Source: an uncultured Verrucomicrobiae bacterium
Lineage (GTDB): Bacteria > Verrucomicrobiota > Verrucomicrobiia > Limisphaerales > Palsa-1400
NCBI GenBank assembly: GCA_963702845.1
Contig: OY969763.1
Span: 4,832,001 to 4,896,000 of the forward strand
Reading direction: 5' to 3'
DNA length: 64,000 bases
The notes under the pieces were generated by a model. It had not been told where the DNA came from, did no database searches, and was given only the letters and a program-made list of their open reading frames with translations. Within the stretch, counting starts at the first letter, position 1; each line of letters begins with the position of its first letter. This document shows positions 9,016 through 19,385 of the stretch, piece by piece. A program made the translations under genes and the position numbers.

Positions 9016-9639
9016 ATGAAAACGATTTCGTTAGAGAAAGCTGCTAATGCAGGGCGACGGTATTCGAACGTGCTGCGGCTGGCGTCGAATGTGGCCGATG
9101 GGGAAACGGTGACGATTGGGAATGAGGTTTACGAGATTGATAACAACGCGGCTGTCACTGCGGGAAACATTCTGGTGGATTGTTCGGGCGGGCTCACGCC
9201 AACGCTAGCGGGTGCGGCGTTGGTCGCGACGATCAACGCGAAGACTCAGCAAGGGATTACCGCGAAAGCAATCAGCGCAAATGAGATTCTGATTGCGACG
9301 CGGGTTGGTATTGCGGGACGCGCGATTGTATGCGCTGAGACGTTGGCGGGTGCAAATAATGCATGGGCTGCTGCCGCGATGTATGGCGGGTCGGATGTTT
9401 TCAAGGGCGTTCAACTGCAGTCGCGTGCGGTAAATGCAACGGAGGTCGCGCTGGCGGCGATGCGGTTTGCGTTTCCGTTCACGCCTGTAGCTGCGTTGGT
9501 GCAAGTCCGCACTGCGGCAGGAGCGCCTAAAGCGTGGGGTGGGACAACTACTCTAACGGGTGATCGCGTTGACCTCGCGAATACTGGTTCTACGGATTTG
9601 GCGGCGACAGACGTCGTGACAGTCTTTGCCGGTGAATGA
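9016..9639 (+). CDS. Putative capsid decoration/structural protein
   Basis: Ala/Thr/Gly-rich, ADGETVTIG..YE motif typical of virion proteins, located right after the capsid gene. Confidence 0.6.
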   Translation: MKTISLEKAANAGRRYSNVLRLASNVADGETVTIGNEVYEIDNNAAVTAGNILVDCSGGLTPTLAGAALVATINAKTQQGITAKAISANEILIATRVGIAGRAIVCAETLAGANNAWAAAAMYGGSDVFKGVQLQSRAVNATEVALAAMRFAFPFTPVAALVQVRTAAGAPKAWGGTTTLTGDRVDLANTGSTDLAATDVVTVFAGE

Positions 9640-9845
9640 TCGCTTTTATGGAAGGTCTTTACCCAATCATTCGGCGAAAGCGGAAACCTTTGGTTGAGAC
9701 CGAGCCGGTCGGGCCATTGGCAGCTCCGGCGAAAGCGCCTGATGTCATGCCACCGAAGCCGAGTTCGCCCGGTGTGCCCAAACCAGCCGATGAAACAAAG
9801 TTCGTACAAAATCTTTCCGCCGCTCCCGCAGCCCGGAAGCGTTAG
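9636..9845 (+). CDS. Small basic Pro-rich phage protein
   Basis: ATGA overlap with the upstream stop; YPIIRRKRK N-terminus. Confidence 0.45.
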   Translation: MIAFMEGLYPIIRRKRKPLVETEPVGPLAAPAKAPDVMPPKPSSPGVPKPADETKFVQNLSAAPAARKR

Positions 9846-9850
9846 CCTAA

Positions 9851-10572
9851 ATGGCTGGTGGGCATTGTGGGCGCAAAAGCGCCGGCGCAAGCGCGCACAG
9901 GCTAACGCGGGGCTCGATCCCGGCTTTGTTCCCGAGGACATGCAACTCTGGCTGCGGGCGAGTTCTTTGGGGGAAGGTCCCGGCGATTCGGTTTCGAATT
10001 GGCAGGACGACAGTGGGAATGCGAACGATGCTTCGGAAAGCACGGTTTCAATGCAGCCGACGTATCAGGAGGTGACGTTTGCGGGAAAAACTTTTCCGGT
10101 GCTTCGGTTTGATACGGTGGATGACGGGATGGAGACGCCGTTGGAAATTGATGGTGCGTTTTCGATTTTTGCTCTGTGGCGTTTGGCGAGCGCTGATGTG
10201 TTCAGTGGAGCGATTGTTTCATCCGGGTCTGGTGATTGGACCATGGGCGACGTGAATGGTCAGATGCTCTGCTACTTCGAGGGTTGGAGCGCTGCGTCGC
10301 CGGTGAACACTTCTGATTTCTATTTGTTGGAAGCGCGCATAGTTCCTGGAACCAGTCCAACGGAAATTTACGTTAATGGCGTGTGGGTCGGCATGGCCGA
10401 CGGAGCGTCCTCTGCTCCGGGTCAAGTGATGCTCGGTGCGGCCGGGGATAACGGGTATCCGGGCAATTGTGATTGCGCGGAGATTTTGATTTACGACCGA
10501 TATCTATCCGGTGATGAAGCTGATGGTGTGCGTGCATATTTTCAATCGCGCTACAACTTCTTGAAGTTATGA
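9851..10572 (+). CDS. LamG/concanavalin-like virion fibre or spike protein (start uncertain)
   Basis: LWL.A..L, VS.W.D.SGN.N.A, P.LRFD..DD, and EILIYDR.LS motifs. ATG 9851 is out of frame with the body, so either an indel or a TTG start near 9866. Confidence 0.65.
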
Positions 10573-10886
10573 ATCGTTTTTTGATCATTGTTCCTGCGGA
10601 AGATCGCGATCGTGCCAACTCGGTTGCTGCGGAGCAATTCGACACAACGGGCGGCGCTCGGACTTTCTTCATCGGCATTTCGGCCAGCGGACAAGCGCCT
10701 GCGACGCATTATTGGTGCTCGGCTCAATTTACTGATGAGAACGCAACGAAGCTCGCTTTGGCTCAGGCGGATTTTCCGCTCGCGGTGGTGCAAGGCTACG
10801 ACGCCGATAGCGACGCGGGGTTTCCGCAGCGGACCATTGCGACGTTGGGATTGAAACAAATTGTGAGTTTGCCTGAAAGGACCTGA
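10569..10886 (+). CDS. Small phage protein, possible fibre chaperone
   Basis: Translationally coupled on both sides; contains a PATHYWC motif. Confidence 0.6.
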   Translation: MNRFLIIVPAEDRDRANSVAAEQFDTTGGARTFFIGISASGQAPATHYWCSAQFTDENATKLALAQADFPLAVVQGYDADSDAGFPQRTIATLGLKQIVSLPERT

Positions 10887-11509
10887 TGGCGCTTGTCGTT
10901 ATCAAAGAGGATGGAACGGGTTTGCCGGATGCGAACAGTTACGGCGTGGCAGCGGATGGCGACGATTACCACGCCGCGCATCTATACGCGTCCGCGTGGA
11001 GTGGTGCTACGGCCGGCAACAAGGATATTGCGCTCGTGATGGCAACGCGGCTGATCGATGCCCACTGTGAATTTCTGGGGTTCCACAAATCGAATGCGCA
11101 AGCATTGCAATGGCCGCGCGTCCAGGTGCCCGACAGGGAAGCGAGTGGTGTCTTTTGGGCGCCGGGTCTGGTGATTGGGCTCGGGCCTGCGGCGCCATTG
11201 TATATTTCGAGCGACGTTGTTCCGCCCTGTGTCGTTGCAGCGACGTGTGAGTTGGCGCGAGAGCTTCTGATCACTGACCGGACGGGGCCGCCTTTGGGAG
11301 AGGGTTTGAAATCGACTTCGGTTAAGACGGCAACCTCAAGCAAACCGGTGGGGACGACTGGCGTCGCGACTTCTTCCTCGTCGGCGTCCGCTTCCGTGTA
11401 TGATAAGTCGGATCGGCGGCCAATTTTAACGCCCGTTGTGGAGGCTTTAATGAGGCGCGTTCTCGCTGGGAGCCCCGGCAAATCGACGGTGAAATTGATT
11501 CGGACGTAG
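10886..11509 (+). CDS. Head-tail adaptor (SPP1 gp15/'DnaT-like' family)
   Basis: EDGTGLPDANSY, AL..ATR.ID, QALQWPR and VP..V..ATCELA motifs. Confidence 0.8.
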   Translation: MALVVIKEDGTGLPDANSYGVAADGDDYHAAHLYASAWSGATAGNKDIALVMATRLIDAHCEFLGFHKSNAQALQWPRVQVPDREASGVFWAPGLVIGLGPAAPLYISSDVVPPCVVAATCELARELLITDRTGPPLGEGLKSTSVKTATSSKPVGTTGVATSSSSASASVYDKSDRRPILTPVVEALMRRVLAGSPGKSTVKLIRT

Positions 11510-11510
11510 A

Positions 11511-11541
11511 TGTGTTTGTTTGTGTTTGTGGATGTGTTTGT
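11511..11541 (+). repeat. Three TGTGTTTGT direct repeats (possible integrase arm sites)
   Basis: Copies at 11511, 11521 and 11533, ~120-150 bp from the tRNA 3' end. Confidence 0.5.
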
Positions 11542-11619
11542 TTTTGAACCCCGTTTTTCCCTGTTTTCGCCTTATTTCAACACATGACCCCGAAAAGGGC
11601 AGACATCAATAAAACCCAA

Positions 11620-11654
11620 TAAAAACGGCCCTAAAACGTGTGTTCTAGGGCCGT
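11620..11654 (-). terminator. Intrinsic terminator downstream of tRNA-fMet
   Basis: On the - strand: ACGGCCCTA...TAGGGCCGT followed by a T-run. Confidence 0.65.
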
Positions 11655-11658
11655 CAAT

Positions 11659-11735
<77 letters not shown>

Positions 11736-11779
11736 ATCCGGTAGACGATGAATATACGGGTCGCGTTCGCTTCCGCAAG

Positions 11780-12820
11780 TTATTTGTTCGTAAGGACTAA
11801 AAATCGGCGCTTTATTTGATCGATCGCCCATCGTGCATGCTCGGCAATCAGGGGCTCTGGATCAATCGCGGCTTTCTCGAGTGCAGGTAAGGCGGTTTCG
11901 TCGGCGACGTTACCTAGTGCGACGCAGACGTTCCTAAGAAGTCCTCGGCGTTTGGTGCGCAAAATGGGAGTGCCGGCAAAACGCTGTTTGAACCCAATAT
12001 CGTCGAGCGAGAGCAAATCAATTAAGTCGGCTTGTTCCAAATCGGCGCGGCGATGTTCCCGCATGAGAGCACCGGTTTTGGCGAATTTGTTCCATGGACA
12101 AACGGCCAGGCAATCGTCGCAACCGTAGATGCGATTGCCAATGGCGGGACGGAGTTCCACAGGGATCGAGTCCTTCAGTTCAATCGTGAGATAGGAAATG
12201 CAACGGCGCGCGTCCAATTGAAATGGCGCAGTGATGGCGTTGGTGGGACAGGCGTCGATGCAACGATGGCAAGTGCCGCACCGGTTTGGTTCTGCTGCGT
12301 CGGAATCAAAAGCGACCGTCGTAATGATTTCCGCAAGGAAGAACCAATTGCCGAGTTCGCGGCTGATAACGTTGGTGTGTTTACCGATGAACCCAATACC
12401 GGCACGTTGGGCCAGGTCGCGTTCGAGCAGTGGGCCGGTGTCGACGTACCAAAGCGATTTTGATTCGGGGCCGCCGATTTGAGTTACAACCTCGCTCAAT
12501 TGCTTCAATCTTTCGCCAAGAACGTCGTGGTAATCGGCATAGCGCGCGTAGCGGGCAATTTGGCCGTGATGAGGGTTGGATGTTTGTTGCTCGTCGTTCC
12601 AATAACTCGCGGCAACGACAACAATAGATTTCGCTCCCGCCAAAACTTGTTGCGGGTCGACGCGTTTATGGGCATTCCGCGCGAGATAGGCCATCGCACC
12701 GTGGCGACCGTCTTTCAACCATTGCTCAAAATGCGCGGCGCGGTCCGGCGCGTTTGCCTCGGTAAAACGGCAGATGTCGAAACCCAGTTCTTTGGCCCGT
12801 TGTCGGATAACCTCCTTCAC
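11780..12820 (-). CDS. queG: Epoxyqueuosine reductase
   Basis: YVDTGP..ER, CGTC.RC..ACPT, RCISYLTIE and GCDDC..VCPWN motifs. Confidence 0.95.
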   Translation of the reverse strand: MKEVIRQRAKELGFDICRFTEANAPDRAAHFEQWLKDGRHGAMAYLARNAHKRVDPQQVLAGAKSIVVVAASYWNDEQQTSNPHHGQIARYARYADYHDVLGERLKQLSEVVTQIGGPESKSLWYVDTGPLLERDLAQRAGIGFIGKHTNVISRELGNWFFLAEIITTVAFDSDAAEPNRCGTCHRCIDACPTNAITAPFQLDARRCISYLTIELKDSIPVELRPAIGNRIYGCDDCLAVCPWNKFAKTGALMREHRRADLEQADLIDLLSLDDIGFKQRFAGTPILRTKRRGLLRNVCVALGNVADETALPALEKAAIDPEPLIAEHARWAIDQIKRRFLVLTNK

Positions 12821-12826
12821 GTTGCA

Positions 12827-13372
12827 TTAACTGCGGGGCTTTGCATGGCGCGCGAGATTGAATTGGTGAATCACTTGCAACGCAACTTCGCGCGGCGACC
12901 GCAGGCCGGTGTGAATCAAAACATCCGCCTTGCGATACGCGGGTCCGCGTTGTTGCAGCATTTCTTTTATTTTGCCGAGCGGGTCAGGTGTCTGCAGCAG
13001 CGGTCGATGCGTCTGCGTGCGCACACGTTCCCAAATCGTCTCCGCGCTAGCCCACAAACAAACAACCAACGCATGAGTTTTGAGGCTCGTCAAATTGCAT
13101 GGGTTCATCACGAGTCCGCCGCCGGTCGAGATGACTTGTTTTTTTTGGGTGGCGAGCTGCTCGACGACTTGCTCTTCCAACTTGCGAAAAACCGGCTCGC
13201 CGGCTTGCGCAAAAATTTCAGTGATGGTCCGGCCCGACTGCGCTTCGATTATTGCGTCGGTATCCACAAACTCGAATTGCAAGGCGTCCGCCACAATGCG
13301 GCCAACAGACGACTTGCCGGTGCCCATGAACCCGACCAGCGCGAGGTTGTGGATGTGGCGTGGGTTGTTCAC
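12827..13372 (-). CDS. aroK: Shikimate kinase
   Basis: GFMGTGKS, DTD, GE..FR..E, TGGG and RPLL motifs. Confidence 0.95.
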   Translation of the reverse strand: MNNPRHIHNLALVGFMGTGKSSVGRIVADALQFEFVDTDAIIEAQSGRTITEIFAQAGEPVFRKLEEQVVEQLATQKKQVISTGGGLVMNPCNLTSLKTHALVVCLWASAETIWERVRTQTHRPLLQTPDPLGKIKEMLQQRGPAYRKADVLIHTGLRSPREVALQVIHQFNLARHAKPRS

Positions 13373-13380
13373 TGAAGCAA

Positions 13381-13458
13381 AGGCTAAATGCTAACGGCTG
13401 AAGGCTAAAGAAAATACATCGTTTTGCCCTTTAGCGTTTAGCTTTTAGCCTTTAGCCT
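13381..13458. repeat. Inverted heptamer-array hairpin
   Basis: Four AGGCTAA-like units (13381-13408) and four TTAGCCT-like units (13431-13458). Confidence 0.85.
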
Positions 13459-13467
13459 TTTTCTCGA

Positions 13468-14817
13468 GTGCTGGAGCAAATCGCCAAAAACATTCGCGAG
13501 CGGAACCTCTTTCGCGATGGCGAGCGCGTTCTCGTCGCAGTATCGGGCGGCGTGGATTCAATGGCGCTGCTCCACATTCTGCATCGGCTCGCACCAGAAC
13601 ACGGATGGAGGCTGACGGTTGCGCATTTCAATCACAAATTGCGCGGACGCGAGAGTGATGCGGATGAAAAGCTGGTTCGCGAAACTGCAAATAAGATGCG
13701 GCTACAATTTATTACCGATGCCGGCGACGTAAAAGCTCATTCGATGACATCAGGGGTATCGATTGAGATGGCAGCGCGGGAGTTGAGGCACGCTTTTTTA
13801 GCCCGCACTGCACGCAAGCTGAAGATTAAGACCGTAGGGCTTGCGCATCATGCCGATGATCAAGTGGAGTTGTTTTTTCTACGACTTTTTCGTGGTGCTT
13901 CGATTGAAGGACTGGCTGGAATGCGTTGGCGCAGCGCTTCGCCAACTGACAAAGCCATCCACTTAGCGAGACCGTTGCTGAATGTTGCTCGCGCAGAGCT
14001 TGAAGCCTTTGCGCGTGAGCAATCGGTTCGGTGGCGTGAAGACCGAACAAACCTCAGTCCGGATTTTCTGCGTAACCGCGTCCGTCGCGAATTGATTCCA
14101 CTGCTTGAAAAGCATTATCAACCGGGCGTCAGAAAAAACGTACTTCGTCTGGCGGAATTGTTGCGTGCGGAATCCGATTTCCTCGCCGAGGCGACAGCCG
14201 AGGCAATCTCAACACGCCGCGCTTTTGAGCAGTTACCAATCGCGATCCAACGCAGAGCGCTGCAGCAACAGTTTTTCAAACTCGGGCTGAGCGCTGATTT
14301 TAAGACCATCGAATTGTTACGACTCAACGGCGGCAAGATTGTTGAGGTGGATGTTGCGACCAGATTGAAGCGTGATGAACATGGGCGCATTCATCTCATC
14401 AAAACCACTGCGGTTCAGTTTTCTGTAGCGAGCCGAACCATCAAGCTGAAAGCAACTGTCACGGCGATTAAATTTGGCAATCGGGCGTTCGCATTCCGAA
14501 TTGTGCAGCAGCGTGGCGCGAATCTAACCCACCGTGCTAACAGCGAATCGTTCGACGCGGAGAAAGTCGGGAACGTGATTACTTTGCGACATTGGCAACC
14601 CGGTGATCGCTTTCAACCGATTGGCTCGCGGTCCTCGCGCAAGTTGCAGGACATGTTCGTTGATATGAAGGTGGCGCAAGCCGAACGTCACACGCGTGTC
14701 ATCGCAACAACGGCTGACGGTGAAATTTTCTGGGTAGAAGGACTTCGCATTGGAGAGAAGTTTAAATTGACGAACGAAACAACGCGCAGATTCGTTGTTC
14801 AATGGAAGCGCCATTGA
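13468..14817 (+). CDS. tilS: tRNA(Ile)-lysidine synthetase
   Basis: AVSGGVDS, AHHADDQ.E, RPLL, RNR.R motifs and a C-terminal TilS domain. Confidence 0.95.
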   Translation: MLEQIAKNIRERNLFRDGERVLVAVSGGVDSMALLHILHRLAPEHGWRLTVAHFNHKLRGRESDADEKLVRETANKMRLQFITDAGDVKAHSMTSGVSIEMAARELRHAFLARTARKLKIKTVGLAHHADDQVELFFLRLFRGASIEGLAGMRWRSASPTDKAIHLARPLLNVARAELEAFAREQSVRWREDRTNLSPDFLRNRVRRELIPLLEKHYQPGVRKNVLRLAELLRAESDFLAEATAEAISTRRAFEQLPIAIQRRALQQQFFKLGLSADFKTIELLRLNGGKIVEVDVATRLKRDEHGRIHLIKTTAVQFSVASRTIKLKATVTAIKFGNRAFAFRIVQQRGANLTHRANSESFDAEKVGNVITLRHWQPGDRFQPIGSRSSRKLQDMFVDMKVAQAERHTRVIATTADGEIFWVEGLRIGEKFKLTNETTRRFVVQWKRH

Positions 14818-14818
14818 A

Positions 14819-15238
14819 CTATTTATCTTCGTCAGGTTCGTCGGCGGATAGAAAGCGGTGCAACAAATAGACGAAGGTGGCGACCATTCCGATGGCAAAA
14901 ATCGCCAGCGCCAACCCGCCAAAAATCGAGCTCATTTGTTGCTTCGGCACGAAGCGCAATGGGTAAAAGAAACCGGTCACGCCGATGCAAATGATGATTG
15001 CAACTGCGATTCGCCGGGTGATTCGCGTTCCCGAATAAACGAGCGTGTAGAAGCAAGGGCCGACAACAAGCGCACCGAGCACAAGTGCCAATGCCGTGCG
15101 CCCTGTGACCGCGAAGGCGAAACCGCTTTGGGTCACGCGTAACGCTTCCATTGACCCGATCAGCACGGTAAACGCCAGCGTCAGGCAGATAAACATGATG
15201 CGACTGAGCCCCGGATCGAATTTCGCTTCGTTGGCCAT
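14819..15238 (-). CDS. Four-TM membrane protein
   Basis: Four hydrophobic segments; likely start MANEAK. Confidence 0.7.
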   Translation of the reverse strand: MANEAKFDPGLSRIMFICLTLAFTVLIGSMEALRVTQSGFAFAVTGRTALALVLGALVVGPCFYTLVYSGTRITRRIAVAIIICIGVTGFFYPLRFVPKQQMSSIFGGLALAIFAIGMVATFVYLLHRFLSADEPDEDK

Positions 15239-15331
15239 TGAAGTTCCATACAGCCAACAACGCGCGTAAGCAAGACAGGCGCAATGCAATTGTCAGCCGC
15301 GAAAAAACCGGATACGTTGCGAATTGCTCGT

Positions 15332-15407
15332 GGCCTCGTAGCTCAAATGGATAGAGCAGTGGTTTCCTAAACCGCGCATGACGGTTCAATTCCGTCCGAG
15401 GCTACCA
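15332..15407 (+). tRNA. tRNA-Arg (CCT), attL of the island
   Basis: GGCCTCG acceptor, TTCCTAA anticodon loop, GACGG-TTCAATT-CCGTC T-arm, encoded CCA. Confidence 0.93.
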
Positions 15408-15499
15408 CCCTTGCAAACAAAGGGTGAAATGCGTGTTTTGTAGGTGTATTTTCAAGCAAACAGTTGACAGCGTGCAACAACTATGCAACACTAACGCGC

Positions 15500-16783
15500 A
15501 TGAAAACCACCCTGTCACGCAATAGTAATGATGATTCTTGGCCGCGAGAGGTTCAACCAGGCCGCGCTGTTGTTCGGGTTTATCGTCGCACAACGCCGCA
15601 AGGCAACTTCGCTTACATGGTTGCCAATTACGCAGACGGCAAGCGCCGTTTCGATTCCTACGCCAGCGAGCCCGACGCGCTAGCGGCTGCCGACAAGCTG
15701 GCCCGACGCATTGACGCTCGCGACTACGTAGCGGCCAGCATGACGAGAGAGCAAGCGATTGAATACGCCAGCGCCGTTGAAAAGCTAAAGCCGTTTAACG
15801 TCACGGTGGACGCAGCCACGAGCGCCGTTGCTGAATGTCTTAAAACGGTAGGAGATTTGTCCAATCTTCATGCTGCCGTGAAGTTCTACGCCGCCCGTAA
15901 CAAGCAGATCGTCAAAACACCCGTGTCGGACGTTGTTGTTGAGCTTCTAAAGATCAAGAAGTCACGCGGGGCTTCTGAGCGTTACCAAACAGACTTAAAG
16001 CGCCGGTTAGAACGCTTCGCGGGGGACTGTAAGAAAGACGCCAGCACCGTCACAACCGCCGACGTGCAAGAATGGTTAGATGCGCTCAAGCTAAGCTCTC
16101 AAAGCTATGCTAACTACAGGACGGTATTGCACACGTTTTTCGAGTTTGCCGTTGCCCGTAGCTATGCCGCTGACAATCCCGTTGCTGGCACGGAAAGAAT
16201 CAAAATCCGCAACGGGGATATTGAGCTTTTTACGCCGCTTGAGATTGGACGTTTGCTGACCACCGCCGATGCCCAAACGCTGCCTTGCCTTGCTCTAGGC
16301 GCATTTGCGGGGCTGCGGACTGCTGAGATTGTACGCTTGGAATGGAGTGACATTCACCTCGATGAAAAGTTTATCGTGGTATCTGCGAGCAAAAGCAAAA
16401 CGGCCAGCCGCCGGATTGTCCCGATTCACGATAACCTTTTTCAATGGCTCACCCCGTATAAGGGCCATGAAGGCAAAATATGGCATGGCACGGCAGGCAC
16501 GTTTAACAATCGCCAGCGTGATACCGCTGCCGCTACTCGCGACCTAGAAAACGGCATTACAGCGGTTAAATGGAAGCGCAACGGGCTTCGCCATTCTTAC
16601 GCAAGCTACCGTTTCGCACAAATCATGGACGCGGGTCGTGTAGCCGGTGAGCTTGGAAACAGCGCCGCTGTCATTCACAGGCACTATCGGGAATTAGTCA
16701 AACCAGCCGACGCGGTGAAATGGTTCACAGTCGCGCCAGAGCAACCGGCAAACGTCATTCCTGCAATGGCTGCGGCGTCGTAG
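15500..16783 (+). CDS. Tyrosine recombinase/integrase
   Basis: AGLRTAE (R), SKT (K), LRHSYAS, LGNS....RHY (Y). Adjacent to the tRNA. Confidence 0.95.
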   Translation: MKTTLSRNSNDDSWPREVQPGRAVVRVYRRTTPQGNFAYMVANYADGKRRFDSYASEPDALAAADKLARRIDARDYVAASMTREQAIEYASAVEKLKPFNVTVDAATSAVAECLKTVGDLSNLHAAVKFYAARNKQIVKTPVSDVVVELLKIKKSRGASERYQTDLKRRLERFAGDCKKDASTVTTADVQEWLDALKLSSQSYANYRTVLHTFFEFAVARSYAADNPVAGTERIKIRNGDIELFTPLEIGRLLTTADAQTLPCLALGAFAGLRTAEIVRLEWSDIHLDEKFIVVSASKSKTASRRIVPIHDNLFQWLTPYKGHEGKIWHGTAGTFNNRQRDTAAATRDLENGITAVKWKRNGLRHSYASYRFAQIMDAGRVAGELGNSAAVIHRHYRELVKPADAVKWFTVAPEQPANVIPAMAAAS

Positions 16784-17159
16784 GTTCAGCAGGCGGCGCG
16801 GGTAGAGCTTTCAACTCGGGCGCGTCAGCCTGTAACGCAATGGCGTTGTAAATCGGGCGCAGTTCTGCGGTTAGCTGTTGGTAGAGGCTGCACAAGGAAC
16901 AAGCACCCTGAGCGCAGCCCAATCTCTTTTCGAGTGTCTCTGTGGCATCAGGGCCAAGTCGTTGTTCCAACAACTTCGCTTCCAATTCCGCCTTTCGCGT
17001 TAATGCCGCATCTCGGCTCGTGTGCATAGCGTCGAAAATCTCTTTGGCCGTGTACCGCGGTTTCGTCTGAATCCCTGCTTTTGTAAGCCGTATCGCGATA
17101 GCTTTGCGGTCTTTACCGAGGGCAGTCGCCCATGCGTTTAGAGTGTGTTCGATGGTCAT
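16755..17159 (-). CDS. Small HTH/coiled-coil protein, possibly terminase-small-subunit (Nu1)-like
   Basis: N-terminal HTH-like region then ALTRKAELEAKLLE, resembling the Nu1 coil; lies downstream of rep. Confidence 0.45.
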   Translation of the reverse strand: MTIEHTLNAWATALGKDRKAIAIRLTKAGIQTKPRYTAKEIFDAMHTSRDAALTRKAELEAKLLEQRLGPDATETLEKRLGCAQGACSLCSLYQQLTAELRPIYNAIALQADAPELKALPAPPAEPTTPQPLQE

Positions 17160-17324
17160 GGTGTTAGGTATTTATTGTTCGGTAAGTGTGCGCGGTCTGA
17201 CACCCATGCGTTGAGGCGTCCAACGTGTCCACCCATTTCCTTATGTACCCTCTATTCCCCCTTACGCATGTTTTACTCTGTTGGATAAACATAAAGAAAA
17301 TGGTTGGACTGGTTGGACGGATTG

Positions 17325-18663
17325 TTATGGCTTCAGTTCAATTCCGTTAATTACGCGTACTCGGTCACCGCTTATCGTCGGGCGGCTTTCGTTCAGTCCC
17401 GGCCAGCGTTCTTTTAACAGCTTGAAAAACCAATCGTTCACGGACTCTGCAATGTCATTGTCGTCGCAAAAGTCTCGGAACGCGTTTTGCAAATGTTCTT
17501 TTGGAACGCGCGCATCGGCGGCTACTTTGCAGCGTAAGGAAATGAATGTGCCGATTGGGTCGTTAGAAATTCGGAAACGATTGTGAACTTCACGACTATG
17601 GCATCCACCAAGCGGAATTTCGCCCGCCTTCAACAGCTGCTGTAATCCCTCGATCATCCATTTGAAAACACCATCGCGCTCTAAAGCCAAACGTCGCTTT
17701 AGTGTGGCATCCTTTTTATCTGGCAAGTAATCGAATCGCAAAAAACGCGTACGCCTCAGTTCCGCTTCTGTACCGTGTTTGAATCGTGGAAGTGCATTCG
17801 CCAAAAACCATAGCTTGCATGTGGTCTGCATTGTAAAAGGTGAGCCGTAAATTGGTCGCGCTTCGATTGATTCACCAGACACCACTGCTTTGAATGCCGC
17901 CGAATCTCCAAGCTCGATGGCGTCGAGTTCTGGTACCAAGATTGACGGCTGCATAGCGTAGCTTCGGAACGTGGTAGCTCTTGCCATCGCAAATCTGCGA
18001 CATGCTGAGGCGCGGCACAATTTCGCGGCCTAGCGCTTCAGCAATCGGCTCGGCACATGTCGATTTTCCTCGCCCTGCTTCGCCGTATGCCACAAGGGCA
18101 GTTTCGAACCGAGAATCAGGCAATAAGACGTTGCCCGCGAAAAGTTGGTACAATTGGCGGTCGTCGTCATCTGGCAGTGCTTCTGACAAAACACGGCGGA
18201 ACAAAGGCGCATCTGCGTCTGGGGTGAACTTCGCGGCAATTGCCAAGGTGAAACAGCAATCGGGGTTGTGCGGTTCCAAAGTCGTAACGCCGTCTTGCGT
18301 CACACGAACGATACCGTTTTGACAATTCAGCAATATGTCGCTGTCAGCATTGAATCTGTAAAAGCCGGTGAATGAATCAGCGGACTTTTGGAACCGGCCC
18401 TCTAGGTCGTCTAGCAGAGCGTTTGCACGACGATCTGTTCGTATATCTGGCGGCAATACATTTTGTGCAATTGGCCGGAACCTGGCGCGATCAATAATGT
18501 GCCAGCATCCATTTTCATAAGCGTGCCAATCCGCGCCACAAGTTCTAATCGGTGGCAATTGGGTCGCGAGGTTGTTCGCGTAGTCAAACTCCGTTGGTTT
18601 CGTTGTTGTCAATCTCTGGAGTTCCGGCACGTCGGTAAGTTCTATTACGAGCGGTACGTTCAT
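17325..18663 (-). CDS. D5/P4-family SF3 helicase (one extra base near 17931)
   Basis: D5_N region (LLNCQNG, LEPHNP), Walker A GEAGRGKS. Removing one base joins AVNLGT to ELDAIE...KLWFLANALP...RR. Confidence 0.85.
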
Positions 18664-19363
18664 CGTTTTTCCATGGGTTTAAAATTTAGAAAGAAAACCG
18701 TCTGGCGTTTTCCATTCTCCCGCGTGCCGTCCGGCATTCTGACAAACTGGCAGGGTGTCCACGTCTTGTGATTGGCCCCGAGGGAAACAGCGTAGCGAAA
18801 GAATCTGTAAACTTTGTCCTCGGGTTGTCCCTCAACGTAAAACCAAGCGTGCATTGATTTGCCTCCAGAGAACACGGCGCACACAAGCGGCCCCTTGCCT
18901 GCGAGGTGGAGAATTAAAGCCGCGTGTTCATCGGTCGTGCCTTTATCAAACTCGCAAATCAAAAACCGGCGCGGCCCTGTGTTGTTTAGGCAATGCTCTG
19001 ACTGCCTTCCGTCCTTGGTCAAACCTGTGACGGCAGACATCGGAGAAGGGACAATAAGCTGCAATTGTGACAACCTACCGCGCCACTGGTCGCGAGTTCT
19101 GGTGTTGAAGTCGTAACTGGACTCGCCACAACAAAGCAACGGGTTGTTAGGAAATAAGCGGTCGATGATCGCTCCGTATGGTGTTCGTTGTCATCGATGT
19201 GAACAGGCGACAGTTCCCAAAGGTCGGCAAGCTGCCCACCGTCACGAATAATCGCTTCGCGTTGCTCCTGATTAACGTCCGGCCATTTCGTCACGGCGTT
19301 TACCGGCTGGACGTTCCCACTCGGCTCAGGCGATTGCGTAGCTGTTTGACGGCTCTGAAACAT
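18660..19363 (-). CDS. AEP-type primase domain protein (one base missing near 19172)
   Basis: LICEFD, FSGGKSMHAWF and RMP motifs. The ORFs 19019-19420 and 18660-19139 join with one added base. Confidence 0.7.
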
Positions 19364-19385
19364 GGGTAGAGAGGTTTTGTTTTTG

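Noticed and set aside
15500..16783. Island integrase as the integron integrase for the attC arrays
   Set aside because: It has phage-type architecture with tRNA att repeats, and I see no IntI-specific insertion.
17925..17940. Programmed frameshifting in the helicase (or in ilvB or the surface protein)
   Set aside because: No slippery heptamer or long homopolymer at the shift points.
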